Below, piece by piece: positions 18,238 to 28,688 of a stretch of DNA of 54,674 nucleotides (position 1 is its first letter; every line of letters starts with the position of its first letter). The notes under the pieces were generated by a model. That model did no database searches. It saw only the letters and a list, made by a program, of their open reading frames with translations, and was not told the origin of the DNA. Source of the stretch: Candidatus Omnitrophota bacterium (GTDB taxonomy: Bacteria; Omnitrophota; Gorgyraeia; Duberdicusellales; 4484-171); assembly GCA_043820815.1 (NCBI GenBank), contig JBDRDJ010000008.1, positions 1 through 54,674 on the forward strand, given 5' to 3'. The position numbers and the translations under genes are program-made.

Positions 18238-19344
18238 ATGATGAAAATAGCCATAGATATACGTTCTACAGTTAAGAGAAAGACCGGTATCGGTTACTAT
18301 ACATTAAATTTGGCCGAACATCTCGCTGCTTTGGATACCGCTAATTTTTATTATCTTTACAGCAAGATAGGGTTATTTAACAGAAAAAAAACTCTTCTTA
18401 ATATCTCAGGCGCTAATTTTAAGCACCGCGTTAACCGTTTGAACCTGCCTCCGAAGTTAATGTTAAGAGGTGTTGATGCATTGCATACTTCGAGTTTTGA
18501 TATTATCCCCCCGAAAAGGACAAAGTTAATTCTTGTTGTTCATGATGTTATACATAAAGCTTATCCCAAAGCACACGGCGAAAATACAGCCAAGAGTATT
18601 GATGAAAGCTTGAAGATAATTTTAGATCGTGCAGCTATAGTTATAGCAGTTTCCATGACAACAAAAAACGACCTGATAAAGTTTTATAAAGTGGATACGG
18701 ATATGATTAAAGTAATTTATCCGGGAATCAATGAGGATATTCTCTCTGATAATTACGAACCGGATAATAATTTGAGGTTATTGCAGGATAAGCACTTAAT
18801 TAATTTACCTTACATTCTTTATGTGGGGACTATTGAGCCGAGAAAAAATGTAGATAACCTCGTCAGGGCATATGGTTTAATGAAGGATAAATACCGTATA
18901 AAGCATGGCCTTGTCATCGCAGGCATGAAGGGATGGATGTATGATAAAGTTTTTACCCTGGTAAAAGAGCTCAATTTAACTAAGAATATTATTTTTACAG
19001 ATTATGTAAGCCGCAATGATCTAAGAGCTTTGTATGAGCATGCCGACATGTTTATTTACCCGTCTTTTTATGAAGGGGTGGGCTTGCCTGTTCTTGAAGC
19101 CTTTGCTTTCGGGTTGCCTGTAATTACTTCTAACGTTTCGTCTACCGCTGAGGTGGCCGGCGGCGCAGCTTTATTGATAGACCCCAATAAGCCTGAAGAT
19201 ATAGCGAGCAAGGCCAATGACATCCTTAGCGATCATAAATTGAAAGCCGCCCTTAAAGAAAAAGCACTAAAACGTGCCGCTGATTTCTCTTGGGAAAAAG
19301 CAGCCAGGAGGACACTTGAGGTAATCAGCGAATCTTTAAATTGA
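18238..19344 (+). CDS. Glycosyltransferase family 4 (GT-B)
   Basis: MKIAID, YVGTIEPRKN, YPSFYEG.GLPVLEA motif. ATG at 18238/18241 is preferred over the track's TTG at 18148. Confidence 0.92.
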   Translation: MMKIAIDIRSTVKRKTGIGYYTLNLAEHLAALDTANFYYLYSKIGLFNRKKTLLNISGANFKHRVNRLNLPPKLMLRGVDALHTSSFDIIPPKRTKLILVVHDVIHKAYPKAHGENTAKSIDESLKIILDRAAIVIAVSMTTKNDLIKFYKVDTDMIKVIYPGINEDILSDNYEPDNNLRLLQDKHLINLPYILYVGTIEPRKNVDNLVRAYGLMKDKYRIKHGLVIAGMKGWMYDKVFTLVKELNLTKNIIFTDYVSRNDLRALYEHADMFIYPSFYEGVGLPVLEAFAFGLPVITSNVSSTAEVAGGAALLIDPNKPEDIASKANDILSDHKLKAALKEKALKRAADFSWEKAARRTLEVISESLN

Positions 19345-19429
19345 ATAAGCAGAAACTTTAAATAATCGCCGATACGTATTTTACCCTTTTTGATTTTTGT
19401 GGTAAAATACAAAAAAAATAAATACGAAA

Positions 19430-21475
19430 ATGGTTTTCTTTATTATCCTTAATACAACGGTTGGATTAAGTGCATATTTACTCGTAACAAAAGTTTTTTC
19501 TGTCCGGTCTCTCACGGATAGAATATGCATATTAAGCGTGCTTTATTTATCGCAGATTATTGCCACAGAATTATTTTTAGGCATATTCGGTTTCTTACGC
19601 CTTAATCTCTTACTTGCTCTTAACCTTTCAATACTTTTTTCTGTATGGATATTGACAAAAAGCAAACAGCGAAGTTCTCCGCATTATAGAAGCGATATCT
19701 CCTGGATAGTAACGGATAAAGTTATATTATTTTGTTTTTGTGTTATAGCGGGATTTCTGCTCATAAAGTCTCTAATCAATCTTTTTAATCCTCCCGTAGG
19801 CTGGGATAGCCTGAATTACCATTTTAGCCTTCCGGTTGAGTGGTTTAAAAACGCAAACCTAAACAGCCCTATTACAATAAACGATGATCCTTCGCCTGCC
19901 TATTACCCTATAAACAACGGTTTGTTTTACTACTGGCTTATTGCGCCTTTGCGCAATGTTTTTATCGCAGATTTGGGGCAAGTGCCGTTTTTTATAATTT
20001 CATTCTTCGCATGTTTTGGAATTTCCCGTAAAATGGGCATTTCTAAAGAATATTCTTTTTTTGCCTCGACGCTATTTACCATAACGCCAAATTTCTTCAA
20101 ACAGGTAGAGATTGCTTATGCCGATATAATGGTAGGAGCTTTATTTCTTTTAACCTTAAACCTTCTTTTGATGTTGGAAAATGAATTTAGTTATAGGAAT
20201 ATCATCCTGTGCGGTTTATCGGGAGGGCTTTTCTTCGGAACCAAAACCTTATGCTTGCCTTACAGCGTGCCGCTTTTTATTCTTTTTTTCATTATCATTT
20301 TAAGAAAAGGCAAAGGGAAATTTTATCGAGGCGCAATTCTTTTTTTCCTGTTAGTTGCTGCCTTAGGCGGATATAGTTATATACGTAACTTTTTAATTAC
20401 CGGGAATCCTTTGTTTCCGTTAAATTTTGAACTCTTCGGCAATACAATTTTAAAAGGGGTTATGCCTTCGAATACCTACAGGGCTCATTGGTCAAAAGAA
20501 GATTATAATCTTATAAAGCTTTTTTTCCACGAGGGCATGGGTTTTCATTTCTTTTTACTAATATTCCCCTTAGCAGTGATTTCTCCCTTTATAGCTTTAT
20601 GGGGCATAATTCGTAAAAGAAGAAATAATGTTACTGTCTTTTTTATAATGTTTTTGCCCCTTACCCTTTACCTTATTTTTCGTTACATCATCCCTCAGCT
20701 ATGGACAAGATTCTTGTATCCTTTCTTAGGTGTAGGTTCAGCGGTTGCGCTATACAATTTAGATAAACTGAAAGTACCGCATAAAGCAGTGCGGATTATA
20801 GTTGTGGTAAGTGTTTTGGCGGCAGCCAGTGAATTGGCAGGGCATTTTGAGCTTATCGTGTCCTTGGCGGCGAGTATTTTTATATTCTTTCTTTCTCCAA
20901 GAATTTTATTTTTTATAAAAAAAAGCAAATCGCTTTTGAAAATATCTTTTGCAATGGCAGCCATTGCTGTTGTCTCTCTTTCAATTATTGAAAAGTGGTA
21001 TCTATTGCATGAATACGACCGTTATATAAGCCATACTCCTCTTTGGAAAGGGGCTGCCCATGCATGGAAGTGGCTAAACAGCAATACTCAGGGAAACCGC
21101 GTTGCTTATGTAGGAAGGCCTGTTGCGTTCCCTCTTTACGGAACTAATTTGAAGAATGACGTATATTATGTTTCTGTAAACAGTATTCATCCGGCGCATC
21201 TTCATCTCTGGCCTAAAGGGAACCTTGATTGGACTTCGGATTTTAGCACTATTCATAAGGTTTTGCGGCGCCCTGAAAATTACAGGGGAAAAGCCGATTT
21301 TTCTCAGTGGCTAAAAAATATTATTAAAGAAAAGACTGAGTATCTTTTTATATACTCTCTGCATCAGACAAAGGATTTTCCCGTTGAAGATGTTTGGGCA
21401 AGAAACCACCCTGAAAAATTCCGTTTAAGATTTGAAAATGAGGACAGCCGTATATATCAAGTGGCAGGTGAATAA
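19430..21475 (+). CDS. Polytopic membrane protein, probable GT-C glycosyltransferase (PMT/ArnT-like)
   Basis: Many TM helices; WDSLNYH and YADI acidic loop motifs; lies between GT4 and GT2 genes. Confidence 0.55.
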   Translation: MVFFIILNTTVGLSAYLLVTKVFSVRSLTDRICILSVLYLSQIIATELFLGIFGFLRLNLLLALNLSILFSVWILTKSKQRSSPHYRSDISWIVTDKVILFCFCVIAGFLLIKSLINLFNPPVGWDSLNYHFSLPVEWFKNANLNSPITINDDPSPAYYPINNGLFYYWLIAPLRNVFIADLGQVPFFIISFFACFGISRKMGISKEYSFFASTLFTITPNFFKQVEIAYADIMVGALFLLTLNLLLMLENEFSYRNIILCGLSGGLFFGTKTLCLPYSVPLFILFFIIILRKGKGKFYRGAILFFLLVAALGGYSYIRNFLITGNPLFPLNFELFGNTILKGVMPSNTYRAHWSKEDYNLIKLFFHEGMGFHFFLLIFPLAVISPFIALWGIIRKRRNNVTVFFIMFLPLTLYLIFRYIIPQLWTRFLYPFLGVGSAVALYNLDKLKVPHKAVRIIVVVSVLAAASELAGHFELIVSLAASIFIFFLSPRILFFIKKSKSLLKISFAMAAIAVVSLSIIEKWYLLHEYDRYISHTPLWKGAAHAWKWLNSNTQGNRVAYVGRPVAFPLYGTNLKNDVYYVSVNSIHPAHLHLWPKGNLDWTSDFSTIHKVLRRPENYRGKADFSQWLKNIIKEKTEYLFIYSLHQTKDFPVEDVWARNHPEKFRLRFENEDSRIYQVAGE

Positions 21476-22248
21476 TGTTTCAGCCAAGAAATTATAAAAT
21501 GCGTATTTCCATTATTATTCCGGCGCATAATGAGGAGCATAGTATTGCCGAAACAATTTCCCGTATCGAGAACGCGGTAAAAAGAGAACATGAGATTATT
21601 GTTGTCGATGACTATTCAACGGATACGACCAAAGCCATATCAAGGGCGCTGCAGGCAGATAATATTAATTTAATTGTCACGGACAACAAAGGCAAGCAGG
21701 GATTTTCTAATGCCCTGCAGACAGGTTTTAGTTTTGCGCGTTACGAGTTAGTTGTTCCGATTATGGCTGACCTTTGCGATGATCCGCATACAATAAACAA
21801 GATGTATTCTAAGATACTCGATGGTTTTGATATCGTATGCGGCTCGCGCTATATTAAGGGCGGCAAAAAAGATGGCGGGCCGTTTCTAAAAGGCGTACTT
21901 TCATGCCTGGCAGGCAAAAGCCTTCGAATTTTAACAGGTATCCCCACCAGCGATATAACTAATGCTTTTAAGATGTACCGCAAGAGCACTATTCAGTCTA
22001 TTGATATGCAGGCTAAAGGTTTTGAGATATCTATGGAGATAACTCTCAAAGCCTATTTTAAAGATTTTAGGATTACAGAGGTGCCTACTGTTTGGCGCGC
22101 TAGAACCATGGGCAAATCCAGTTTTAAACTGCTAAAATATGTCTTCAATTACCTCCGGCTTTATCTTTGGGCAATAAACGCCTCAATAGCGAGAATTTTT
22201 TCAAAATTATCTTTTCTTTTTACTTCTTCTTCCAATGATGATGGATAA
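21475..22248 (+). CDS. Glycosyltransferase family 2 (Dpm1-like polyprenol-phosphate sugar synthase)
   Basis: SIIIPAHNE, VVDDYSTD, MADLCDD, GSRY..GG, D.TNAFKMY. Confidence 0.92.
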   Translation: MFQPRNYKMRISIIIPAHNEEHSIAETISRIENAVKREHEIIVVDDYSTDTTKAISRALQADNINLIVTDNKGKQGFSNALQTGFSFARYELVVPIMADLCDDPHTINKMYSKILDGFDIVCGSRYIKGGKKDGGPFLKGVLSCLAGKSLRILTGIPTSDITNAFKMYRKSTIQSIDMQAKGFEISMEITLKAYFKDFRITEVPTVWRARTMGKSSFKLLKYVFNYLRLYLWAINASIARIFSKLSFLFTSSSNDDG

Positions 22249-22250
22249 CC

Positions 22251-23609
22251 ATGGAATTGTCTACTAACAATAAAATTTTCAGTGTTTTGGAGTTAAATAC
22301 CGCGGTTCGCGATTTAATAAAGAGCGGATTTTCGGAATATATTTGGGTATGCGGGGAAGTGCAGGGTTTGCGTCCCGACAGAGGTAAAAAACATACATAT
22401 TTTGAGCTGGTAGAAAAACACCCTAAAGCTGATGAAATTATCGCAAAGGTAAAAGTTGCCCTCTTTGAAGGCAGGAAGCATACAATAGCCCGCCGCATAA
22501 AAGAAGCCCAGGGCGCTTTCGAGCTTAAGAACGACATAGAAGTTAAACTTTTGTGCGAGGTTAGCATTCATCCTCCCACGGGCCAGTATAGTTTGATTGT
22601 AGTTGATATTGATACTTTTTACACTCTTGGCAAAGCCGCTCAAATGCGCCTCAAAATAATAGAGGAGTTAAGGGCACAAGGGATGCTTGATAAGAATAAG
22701 GGGCTTGGTGTTGCGCTTGTGCCGCTTTCTCTGGGGTTGATTACAGCAAGGGATTCGGCAGCATACCATGATTTTATAAATGAACTTTCTTTAAGCGGAA
22801 TCGGATTTAAAGTAACAGTATTTAATGCTCACATGCAGGGCAAGGAGGTAGAGAAAGACGTATGTGAAGCACTAAATTATTTTAAAAGAAACAAAAATGA
22901 TTATGATATTGTTGTTATTACCCGCGGCGGCGGGTCAAAGGCCGATCTCAGCTGGTTTGATAATAAGAAAATTGCCGAATCGGTTGCGTCTTCTTCGATA
23001 CCGGTATTTTCTGCTTTAGGGCACCATATAGACGTAAGCATTACCGATATGGCTGCGCATACTTCGGTTAAAACTCCCACAAAGGCAGCCCAGCTTATCG
23101 TTGAAAAGGTTAAGGGGTTTGCCGAAGATATAGAGAATCTTAAAGAAAAGATAATCTTGTCAGCCCAGGGTGCTATAAATCAAGCCGTAAAAAAGCTGCA
23201 TTATGAAGCGGTAAATATAAATTCTTTGCTGCCTAAATTCTTTATTGATAACAGGCAAATCTTGCAGGATCAGCTGCATAAAATTGATAGTTTTGTATCT
23301 TCGTTTTTAACGCGTAACAGGCATGCGATCGAGGTCTATTTTACAAGAATTCAGACCTGCGTGGATAAATTATTTACCCGGGAAAAAGAACGCTTAACAC
23401 ATTGTGATGAAAAGGCCAGGCTTCTTAATCCACACTGTGTAATTAAGCGGGGATATTCATTAGCTTTTAAGGATAACAGGGTGGTTAAGTCTTTGAAACA
23501 GATTAATGAGGGCGATATACTTAAAACTTTATTACAGGACGGTTTTTTCTTATCACTTGTTAAAGAAAAAAAGGAGAGTGAAAATGGGCAAGAAGAATTT
23601 CTCATATAA
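22251..23609 (+). CDS. xseA: Exodeoxyribonuclease VII large subunit
   Basis: OB-fold WVCGEV, TRGGGS..DLSWFD, ALGH..D..I.D..A....TPT.AA, RGYS. Confidence 0.93.
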   Translation: MELSTNNKIFSVLELNTAVRDLIKSGFSEYIWVCGEVQGLRPDRGKKHTYFELVEKHPKADEIIAKVKVALFEGRKHTIARRIKEAQGAFELKNDIEVKLLCEVSIHPPTGQYSLIVVDIDTFYTLGKAAQMRLKIIEELRAQGMLDKNKGLGVALVPLSLGLITARDSAAYHDFINELSLSGIGFKVTVFNAHMQGKEVEKDVCEALNYFKRNKNDYDIVVITRGGGSKADLSWFDNKKIAESVASSSIPVFSALGHHIDVSITDMAAHTSVKTPTKAAQLIVEKVKGFAEDIENLKEKIILSAQGAINQAVKKLHYEAVNINSLLPKFFIDNRQILQDQLHKIDSFVSSFLTRNRHAIEVYFTRIQTCVDKLFTREKERLTHCDEKARLLNPHCVIKRGYSLAFKDNRVVKSLKQINEGDILKTLLQDGFFLSLVKEKKESENGQEEFLI

Positions 23610-23793
23610 TCAAGCTCAAAACGAACTTAGTTTGATATTGGAAAACCTTGAGTCAGAGCGTATTGATGTTGATGAACTTTCTTCTAAGGTCAAGCGGGCA
23701 GTTGAACTTATAAGAATATGCCGCGAAAGAATCGAGAAAACAGAACTTCAGGTTAAGGAAATTGTGAATAATTTTCAGAAAAATGAAAAATGA
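23584..23793 (+). CDS. xseB: Exodeoxyribonuclease VII small subunit
   Basis: SY.QA..EL..I...LE....VDEL...V.RA..L...C...I...E; ATG 23584 with SD AAGGAG. Confidence 0.92.
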   Translation: MGKKNFSYNQAQNELSLILENLESERIDVDELSSKVKRAVELIRICRERIEKTELQVKEIVNNFQKNEK

Positions 23794-23821
23794 AGGCTAT
23801 TTGCCTTTTTGCAGAGGGGTA

Positions 23822-23850
23822 TTGACAGAATAACTCAAAACCTGTAATAT
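23822..23850 (+). promoter_or_regulatory. Consensus sigma-70 promoter, predicted leaderless rpsO
   Basis: TTGACA (23822-27), 17 bp, TAATAT (23845-50), 7 bp, ATG; no SD. Confidence 0.7.
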
Positions 23851-23857
23851 ATATACC

Positions 23858-24124
23858 ATGATTAATAAAGGCAAAAAGAAGAATATCATTGAGAAGTTCA
23901 AAGGGCATCCTAAGGATACCGGTTCGGCTTCTGTTCAGATTGGTTTGCTTAGCGAAAGGATAACCGATTTAACTGATCACCTAAAAAAGCACAAGAAAGA
24001 TTTTCATTCCCGCCGGGGTCTTTTAATGCTTGTAGGAAGGCGCCGCCGTCTTCTCGTTTATCTAAGAGAGCACGATCCACAAAGTTATAAAGAGATTGCT
24101 AAAGAGCTCAAGCTAAAAAAATAA
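23858..24124 (+). CDS. rpsO: 30S ribosomal protein S15
   Basis: DTGS..VQI.LL..RI..LT.HL..HKKDFHSRRGLL.LVG.RRRLL.YL. Confidence 0.98.
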   Translation: MINKGKKKNIIEKFKGHPKDTGSASVQIGLLSERITDLTDHLKKHKKDFHSRRGLLMLVGRRRRLLVYLREHDPQSYKEIAKELKLKK

Positions 24125-24125
24125 T

Positions 24126-26204
24126 ATGGGTTTATTTGTATCTTCTGATATCGACAGGAATGTTTTAACTTTTTCTACGGGCGATTGGGCGAGACAGGCA
24201 AACGCAAGTGTGAAGGTTTGCCTCAACGATACTGTAGTCTTCGTTTCAGCTTGTATTTCTAAGGATCCCAAGGAAACCTTAGGATTCCTCCCGCTTACGG
24301 TAGAATACCGCGAAAAGACTTATGCTATGGGCAAGATTCCCGGAGGTTTCATCAAGCGTGAGGGTAGGCCCAAAGATAATGAAACACTTTCGGCACGCCT
24401 TATTGACAGGCCGCTTAGGCCGCTTTTTCCAAAAGGATTGACTAATGAAATTCAGATTATATCTATGGTTCTTTCCTCAGACGGTGAGCATGACCCGGAT
24501 GTCTTAGCATTAAATGCTGCCAGTTGTGCACTTTTTATCTCCGATATTCCGTTTGATAAGCCGGTTGGAGCGGTACGTGTCTCAAAGATTGAGGGTTCTT
24601 TTGTTGTCAATCCCACCTACCAAGAGCGCAGCAACTCAGGCCTTGATTTAGTGGTAGTAGGATCCGAGGATAAAATACTTATGTTAGAAGGGGGTCTTGA
24701 TCAGATATCCGAGCAAGAAGTAATTGATGCTATTGAATTCGCTCACCCTCATATACGCAAAATAATCTCTTTACAGAAAGATTTAAGGGAAAAAGCCGGT
24801 AAACCGAAGAAAGAATGCCCCTTATTTGAGTTTGATAGCGCTATTTTTGAAGAGGTAAAGAAAAAAGCCGCCCCAATACTTAATAAGATTTACGGATTAG
24901 TCGGCAAAGAAGAGCGGCAGGAAAAGGTTGATGAGTTTTGTTCAGAGCTTTATGAACAGAATTTCTCAGAGAATGAGGAAATTACACTTGATAAAATAAA
25001 GAATATGTTTGATAAATTAGAGGAAGATTTCGTCCGTTTAAGAATTATAAAAGAAGAGAAGCGGCCGGATAATAGGGGGTTAGCCGATATACGCCCTATA
25101 GATTGTCAGGTACGTGTATTGGAGAGGACTCACGGTTCAGCTATATTTACCAGGGGCCAGACTCAGTCGTTGACGATCACTACTTTAGGAACCTCTTCCG
25201 ATGGACAGACGGTAGAAGCTTTTGATGGAAGAAAGTCAAAGAATTTTATGCTGCACTATAATTTTCCTCCTTTCAGTGTCGGAGAAGTAAAGCCTATCCG
25301 CGGAGTGTCCAGGAGAGAAACCGGCCACGGGGCTTTAGCCGAGAAGTCTCTGGTAAGCGTTATACCTTCTAAAGAGGAATTCCCTTATACAATAAGAGCT
25401 GTTTCAGAAATCTTAGAGTCAAATGGTTCATCGAGTATGGCGACTGTTTGTGCGACGAGCCTTTCATTAATGGATGCAGGCGTCCCTTTAAAGGAGCCTG
25501 TTGCGGGGATTGCCATGGGGCTTGTCAGTGACGGTTCTAATTATAAAATTCTAACTGATATTGCGGGAATAGAAGACCATTGCGGCGATATGGATTTTAA
25601 AATCGCAGGGACTAAGAATGGTATTACCGCAATTCAGCTCGATACAAAGATAGAAGGCTTAAGCTATGAAATAATCAGTAAGTCTTTAGAGCAGGCACGA
25701 ATAGCCCGCCTTTCAATCTTAGAATCTATGAATAAATCAATATCTATTCCGCGAGAATCAGTTTCAGAGTTCGCTCCTAAAATAAAGGCTTTCCAAATAC
25801 CTAGAGATAAAATCGGAAGCGTAATAGGCCCCGGAGGCCAAACCATACGCGCAATCTCAAGAGAAAACAACGTAACAATTGATATTGATGATGAGTTCTC
25901 AATGGTTTCTGTCGTAGCCAAGAAGCATGATGATTTAGAAAGAGCTGTTCAATATATCCAAGGTTTAGTAAAAGATGTTGAGGTCGGGGAGATCTATGAT
26001 GCAGTTGTTGAGCGGATTGCAAACTTCGGTGCATTTTGCGAACTCCTTCCCGGTAAAACAGGCTTGCTTCATGTTTCAGAAATAGCTGATACATACGTAA
26101 AAGATGTCCGAGAGTTCTTAAAAGAAGGCGATACAGTAAGGGTAAAAGTCCTTAATGTTGATGTCCAGGGAAAAATAAGCTTGAGCATGAAACAGGCAAA
26201 GTAG
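24126..26204 (+). CDS. pnp: Polyribonucleotide nucleotidyltransferase (PNPase)
   Basis: Two RNase PH domains (HGSA.FTRG.TQ, ESNGSSSMA, GDMDFK.AGT), KH and S1 domains. Confidence 0.98.
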   Translation: MGLFVSSDIDRNVLTFSTGDWARQANASVKVCLNDTVVFVSACISKDPKETLGFLPLTVEYREKTYAMGKIPGGFIKREGRPKDNETLSARLIDRPLRPLFPKGLTNEIQIISMVLSSDGEHDPDVLALNAASCALFISDIPFDKPVGAVRVSKIEGSFVVNPTYQERSNSGLDLVVVGSEDKILMLEGGLDQISEQEVIDAIEFAHPHIRKIISLQKDLREKAGKPKKECPLFEFDSAIFEEVKKKAAPILNKIYGLVGKEERQEKVDEFCSELYEQNFSENEEITLDKIKNMFDKLEEDFVRLRIIKEEKRPDNRGLADIRPIDCQVRVLERTHGSAIFTRGQTQSLTITTLGTSSDGQTVEAFDGRKSKNFMLHYNFPPFSVGEVKPIRGVSRRETGHGALAEKSLVSVIPSKEEFPYTIRAVSEILESNGSSSMATVCATSLSLMDAGVPLKEPVAGIAMGLVSDGSNYKILTDIAGIEDHCGDMDFKIAGTKNGITAIQLDTKIEGLSYEIISKSLEQARIARLSILESMNKSISIPRESVSEFAPKIKAFQIPRDKIGSVIGPGGQTIRAISRENNVTIDIDDEFSMVSVVAKKHDDLERAVQYIQGLVKDVEVGEIYDAVVERIANFGAFCELLPGKTGLLHVSEIADTYVKDVREFLKEGDTVRVKVLNVDVQGKISLSMKQAK

Positions 26205-26318
26205 GACTTTTGCTCAATAACTTCAGAAATAAATTCATGGCTTTCAGTTTTTTATATAGCTCATTCAAAAAGCTGTGTAGAGATAGGGAGCGGGGTAACT
26301 TTTGTATCCGTATAAAAG

Positions 26319-28571
26319 ATGAAGAATCTTTCGTCTCTTTTAAAATGCATAATTTACTTCTGTTTAGCTCTTGTTACATTCCTTAGTTTATCCACCTTTA
26401 TCCCAGCTGATATAAATTTTCTTGCCTACCCAATTTCACTAAAAATCAATAATGCAATAGGTATAATAGGGGCATATATCGGCTTTTCCCTTTTTTTTGC
26501 GTTTGGCTACGCTGCTTTCTTTATCCCTTTTTATTTACTTTTTATGGGTATTGATGCCGCCGGTATTATCCGTTTTAAAGGGCTTTCGCAAAGTAAAACT
26601 GTTAGTGTTTGTTCATTCTTCCTTTTTATAATTTTTCTTTCAACTTTCCTGGGAGTTTTCTCCGGTTTCTTGCCGCTGGTATTTGGAAATCCGGGGGGGT
26701 TTTCCGGCCTGTATCTTTCGTTGTTTTTTAAGAAATACTTAGGTTTACAGGGGTCTTTCATCGTGCTGTCTTTACTTTTAGTAATAACTTCGTTTTTATT
26801 GTTTGGGTTCTTTTTTGCTGATATCGCAAGAGCAATAAAATCCATCAGCATAAAAATAATTGCACAACTTAAGGCGTATAGCCTGCGCCGCAATGAGGCC
26901 AAAGACAGGTTAATTAAGCAGCCCCAAAAGCAGGGTAAAATCAGAAAGCCTTCCCTTGTTAAAAATTCTGTTTTTGAAAATGAGATAAAGCCGGAAATAA
27001 AAGTATATACACCCAATGTAAACACAACTGTTTCTAAGATATCGGAAGAAGATTTTTACGCGGGCTTGCCTTCTGAAAAGAAAATTTCGCAAACACCAGT
27101 GCGCAAAAACAAAGAGGCCTTTATTAAGCAGGATACCGATGAAAACGCAAAGAAATACGACCCCGCAACATACAAGCTTCCCTCAAAAGATTTGATAAAA
27201 TTACCTCCTTCTTTTGATATGCGCGAGCTTAAAGATAACATAGAAGATAACATAAAGATTCTGCAGGAAACTTTAGCTGACTTTGGCGTAGAGGTTAGAG
27301 TGGTTAGTGTGCAAAAGGGGCCTGTAGTTACTATGTATGAGCTTAAGCCTGTCGCCGGGGTGAAAATTCAGAAAATCTCTGCGCTTTCTGACGATATTGC
27401 CTTAGCTATGAAGTCGTCTTCGGTGCGTGTAGTTGCGCCTTTACCGGGAAGAGGAACCGTGGGCGTCGAAATCCCTAATGAAAAGAAACACATGGTTTTT
27501 CTAAGAGAGATTATCGAAGATAAAATCTTCAGGGCCCAGGCATCTAAATTATCCCTTGCAATAGGAAAAGATGTCTCCGGAAATCCTATCATCGCTGACC
27601 TTAAAGATATGCCCCATTTGCTTATAGCGGGAACAACAGGAGCAGGAAAAACGGTATGTGTAAATTCTTTGATAACTTCTATAATGTTTAAAGCAAAACC
27701 GGATGAGGTAAATTTTATTCTTGTTGACCCAAAGATGGTTGAACTTGCTCCTTTCGCCGCTATACCGCATTTAATACACCCTATTATTTCAGAGTCGAAA
27801 AAGGCATTTGCGGCATTTAACTGGGCGGTTGAAGAAATGGAGCGAAGATACCGTCTTCTTGCAGGTGCCGGTGCCAGAAATATCGATATTTACAATAAAG
27901 GCGACAATAAGCTTTCTTATATTGTTATAGTAGTAGACGAATTGGCTGATCTTATGATTGTTGCAAGAGAAAATGTTGAAACTTCAATACAGCGCTTAGC
28001 GCAGCTCTCACGCGCTGTTGGTATTCATTTGGTCCTTGCGACCCAGCGGCCTTCGGTTGATGTTATTACCGGAATTATTAAAGCTAACTTTCCTGCGCGC
28101 ATATCATTTAAGGTTTCTTCACGGGTGGACTCGCGCACAGTCTTGGATGCAATAGGAGCAGAAAAGCTTCTTGGCAAAGGTGACCTTTTGTTTCTAAAGC
28201 CCGGTGCTGTCAAGCTTATAAGAGCCCAGGGGTGTTTTATAGACGATGAAGATATAGCCAACTTGACTGATTTTGCGAAGTCTCAAGGGTCGCCAGTTTA
28301 CGAGAAGGCAATCGTTGAGAAGGAAAAAAGAGGGGCTATCAGAGTTGAATCGGATGAATTGTTTGATGATGCGGTTAAAGTTATTCTGCAGTCTCGTCAG
28401 GCATCTGCCTCAATCCTTCAGAGGCGTTTGCGTGTCGGCTATACCCGTGCCGCAAGGCTGCTTGATTTAATGGAGCAGGACGGAATCGTAGGCCCTTTTT
28501 GCGGCAGTCGTGCCCGTGAAATTTTAGTTGATCCTGTTGAGCATATGGCGCAGAAAGAACAACCAGCTTAG
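26319..28571 (+). CDS. ftsK: FtsK/SpoIIIE DNA translocase
   Basis: N-terminal TM domain, PHLLIAGTTGAGKT, ATQRPSVDVITG, gamma domain LQRRLRVGY.RAARL.D. Confidence 0.96.
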   Translation: MKNLSSLLKCIIYFCLALVTFLSLSTFIPADINFLAYPISLKINNAIGIIGAYIGFSLFFAFGYAAFFIPFYLLFMGIDAAGIIRFKGLSQSKTVSVCSFFLFIIFLSTFLGVFSGFLPLVFGNPGGFSGLYLSLFFKKYLGLQGSFIVLSLLLVITSFLLFGFFFADIARAIKSISIKIIAQLKAYSLRRNEAKDRLIKQPQKQGKIRKPSLVKNSVFENEIKPEIKVYTPNVNTTVSKISEEDFYAGLPSEKKISQTPVRKNKEAFIKQDTDENAKKYDPATYKLPSKDLIKLPPSFDMRELKDNIEDNIKILQETLADFGVEVRVVSVQKGPVVTMYELKPVAGVKIQKISALSDDIALAMKSSSVRVVAPLPGRGTVGVEIPNEKKHMVFLREIIEDKIFRAQASKLSLAIGKDVSGNPIIADLKDMPHLLIAGTTGAGKTVCVNSLITSIMFKAKPDEVNFILVDPKMVELAPFAAIPHLIHPIISESKKAFAAFNWAVEEMERRYRLLAGAGARNIDIYNKGDNKLSYIVIVVDELADLMIVARENVETSIQRLAQLSRAVGIHLVLATQRPSVDVITGIIKANFPARISFKVSSRVDSRTVLDAIGAEKLLGKGDLLFLKPGAVKLIRAQGCFIDDEDIANLTDFAKSQGSPVYEKAIVEKEKRGAIRVESDELFDDAVKVILQSRQASASILQRRLRVGYTRAARLLDLMEQDGIVGPFCGSRAREILVDPVEHMAQKEQPA

Positions 28572-28688
28572 AAGAGCTTCCGGTTCCGGCAATATAGAAT
28601 CAGGTAAGTTATGAGTTTTGGTTCAATGTTTTATTGAGGTAATCCTTTCGTCTACCTGCAGCATCCTGCCGCATAACAGAAGGTTCTT

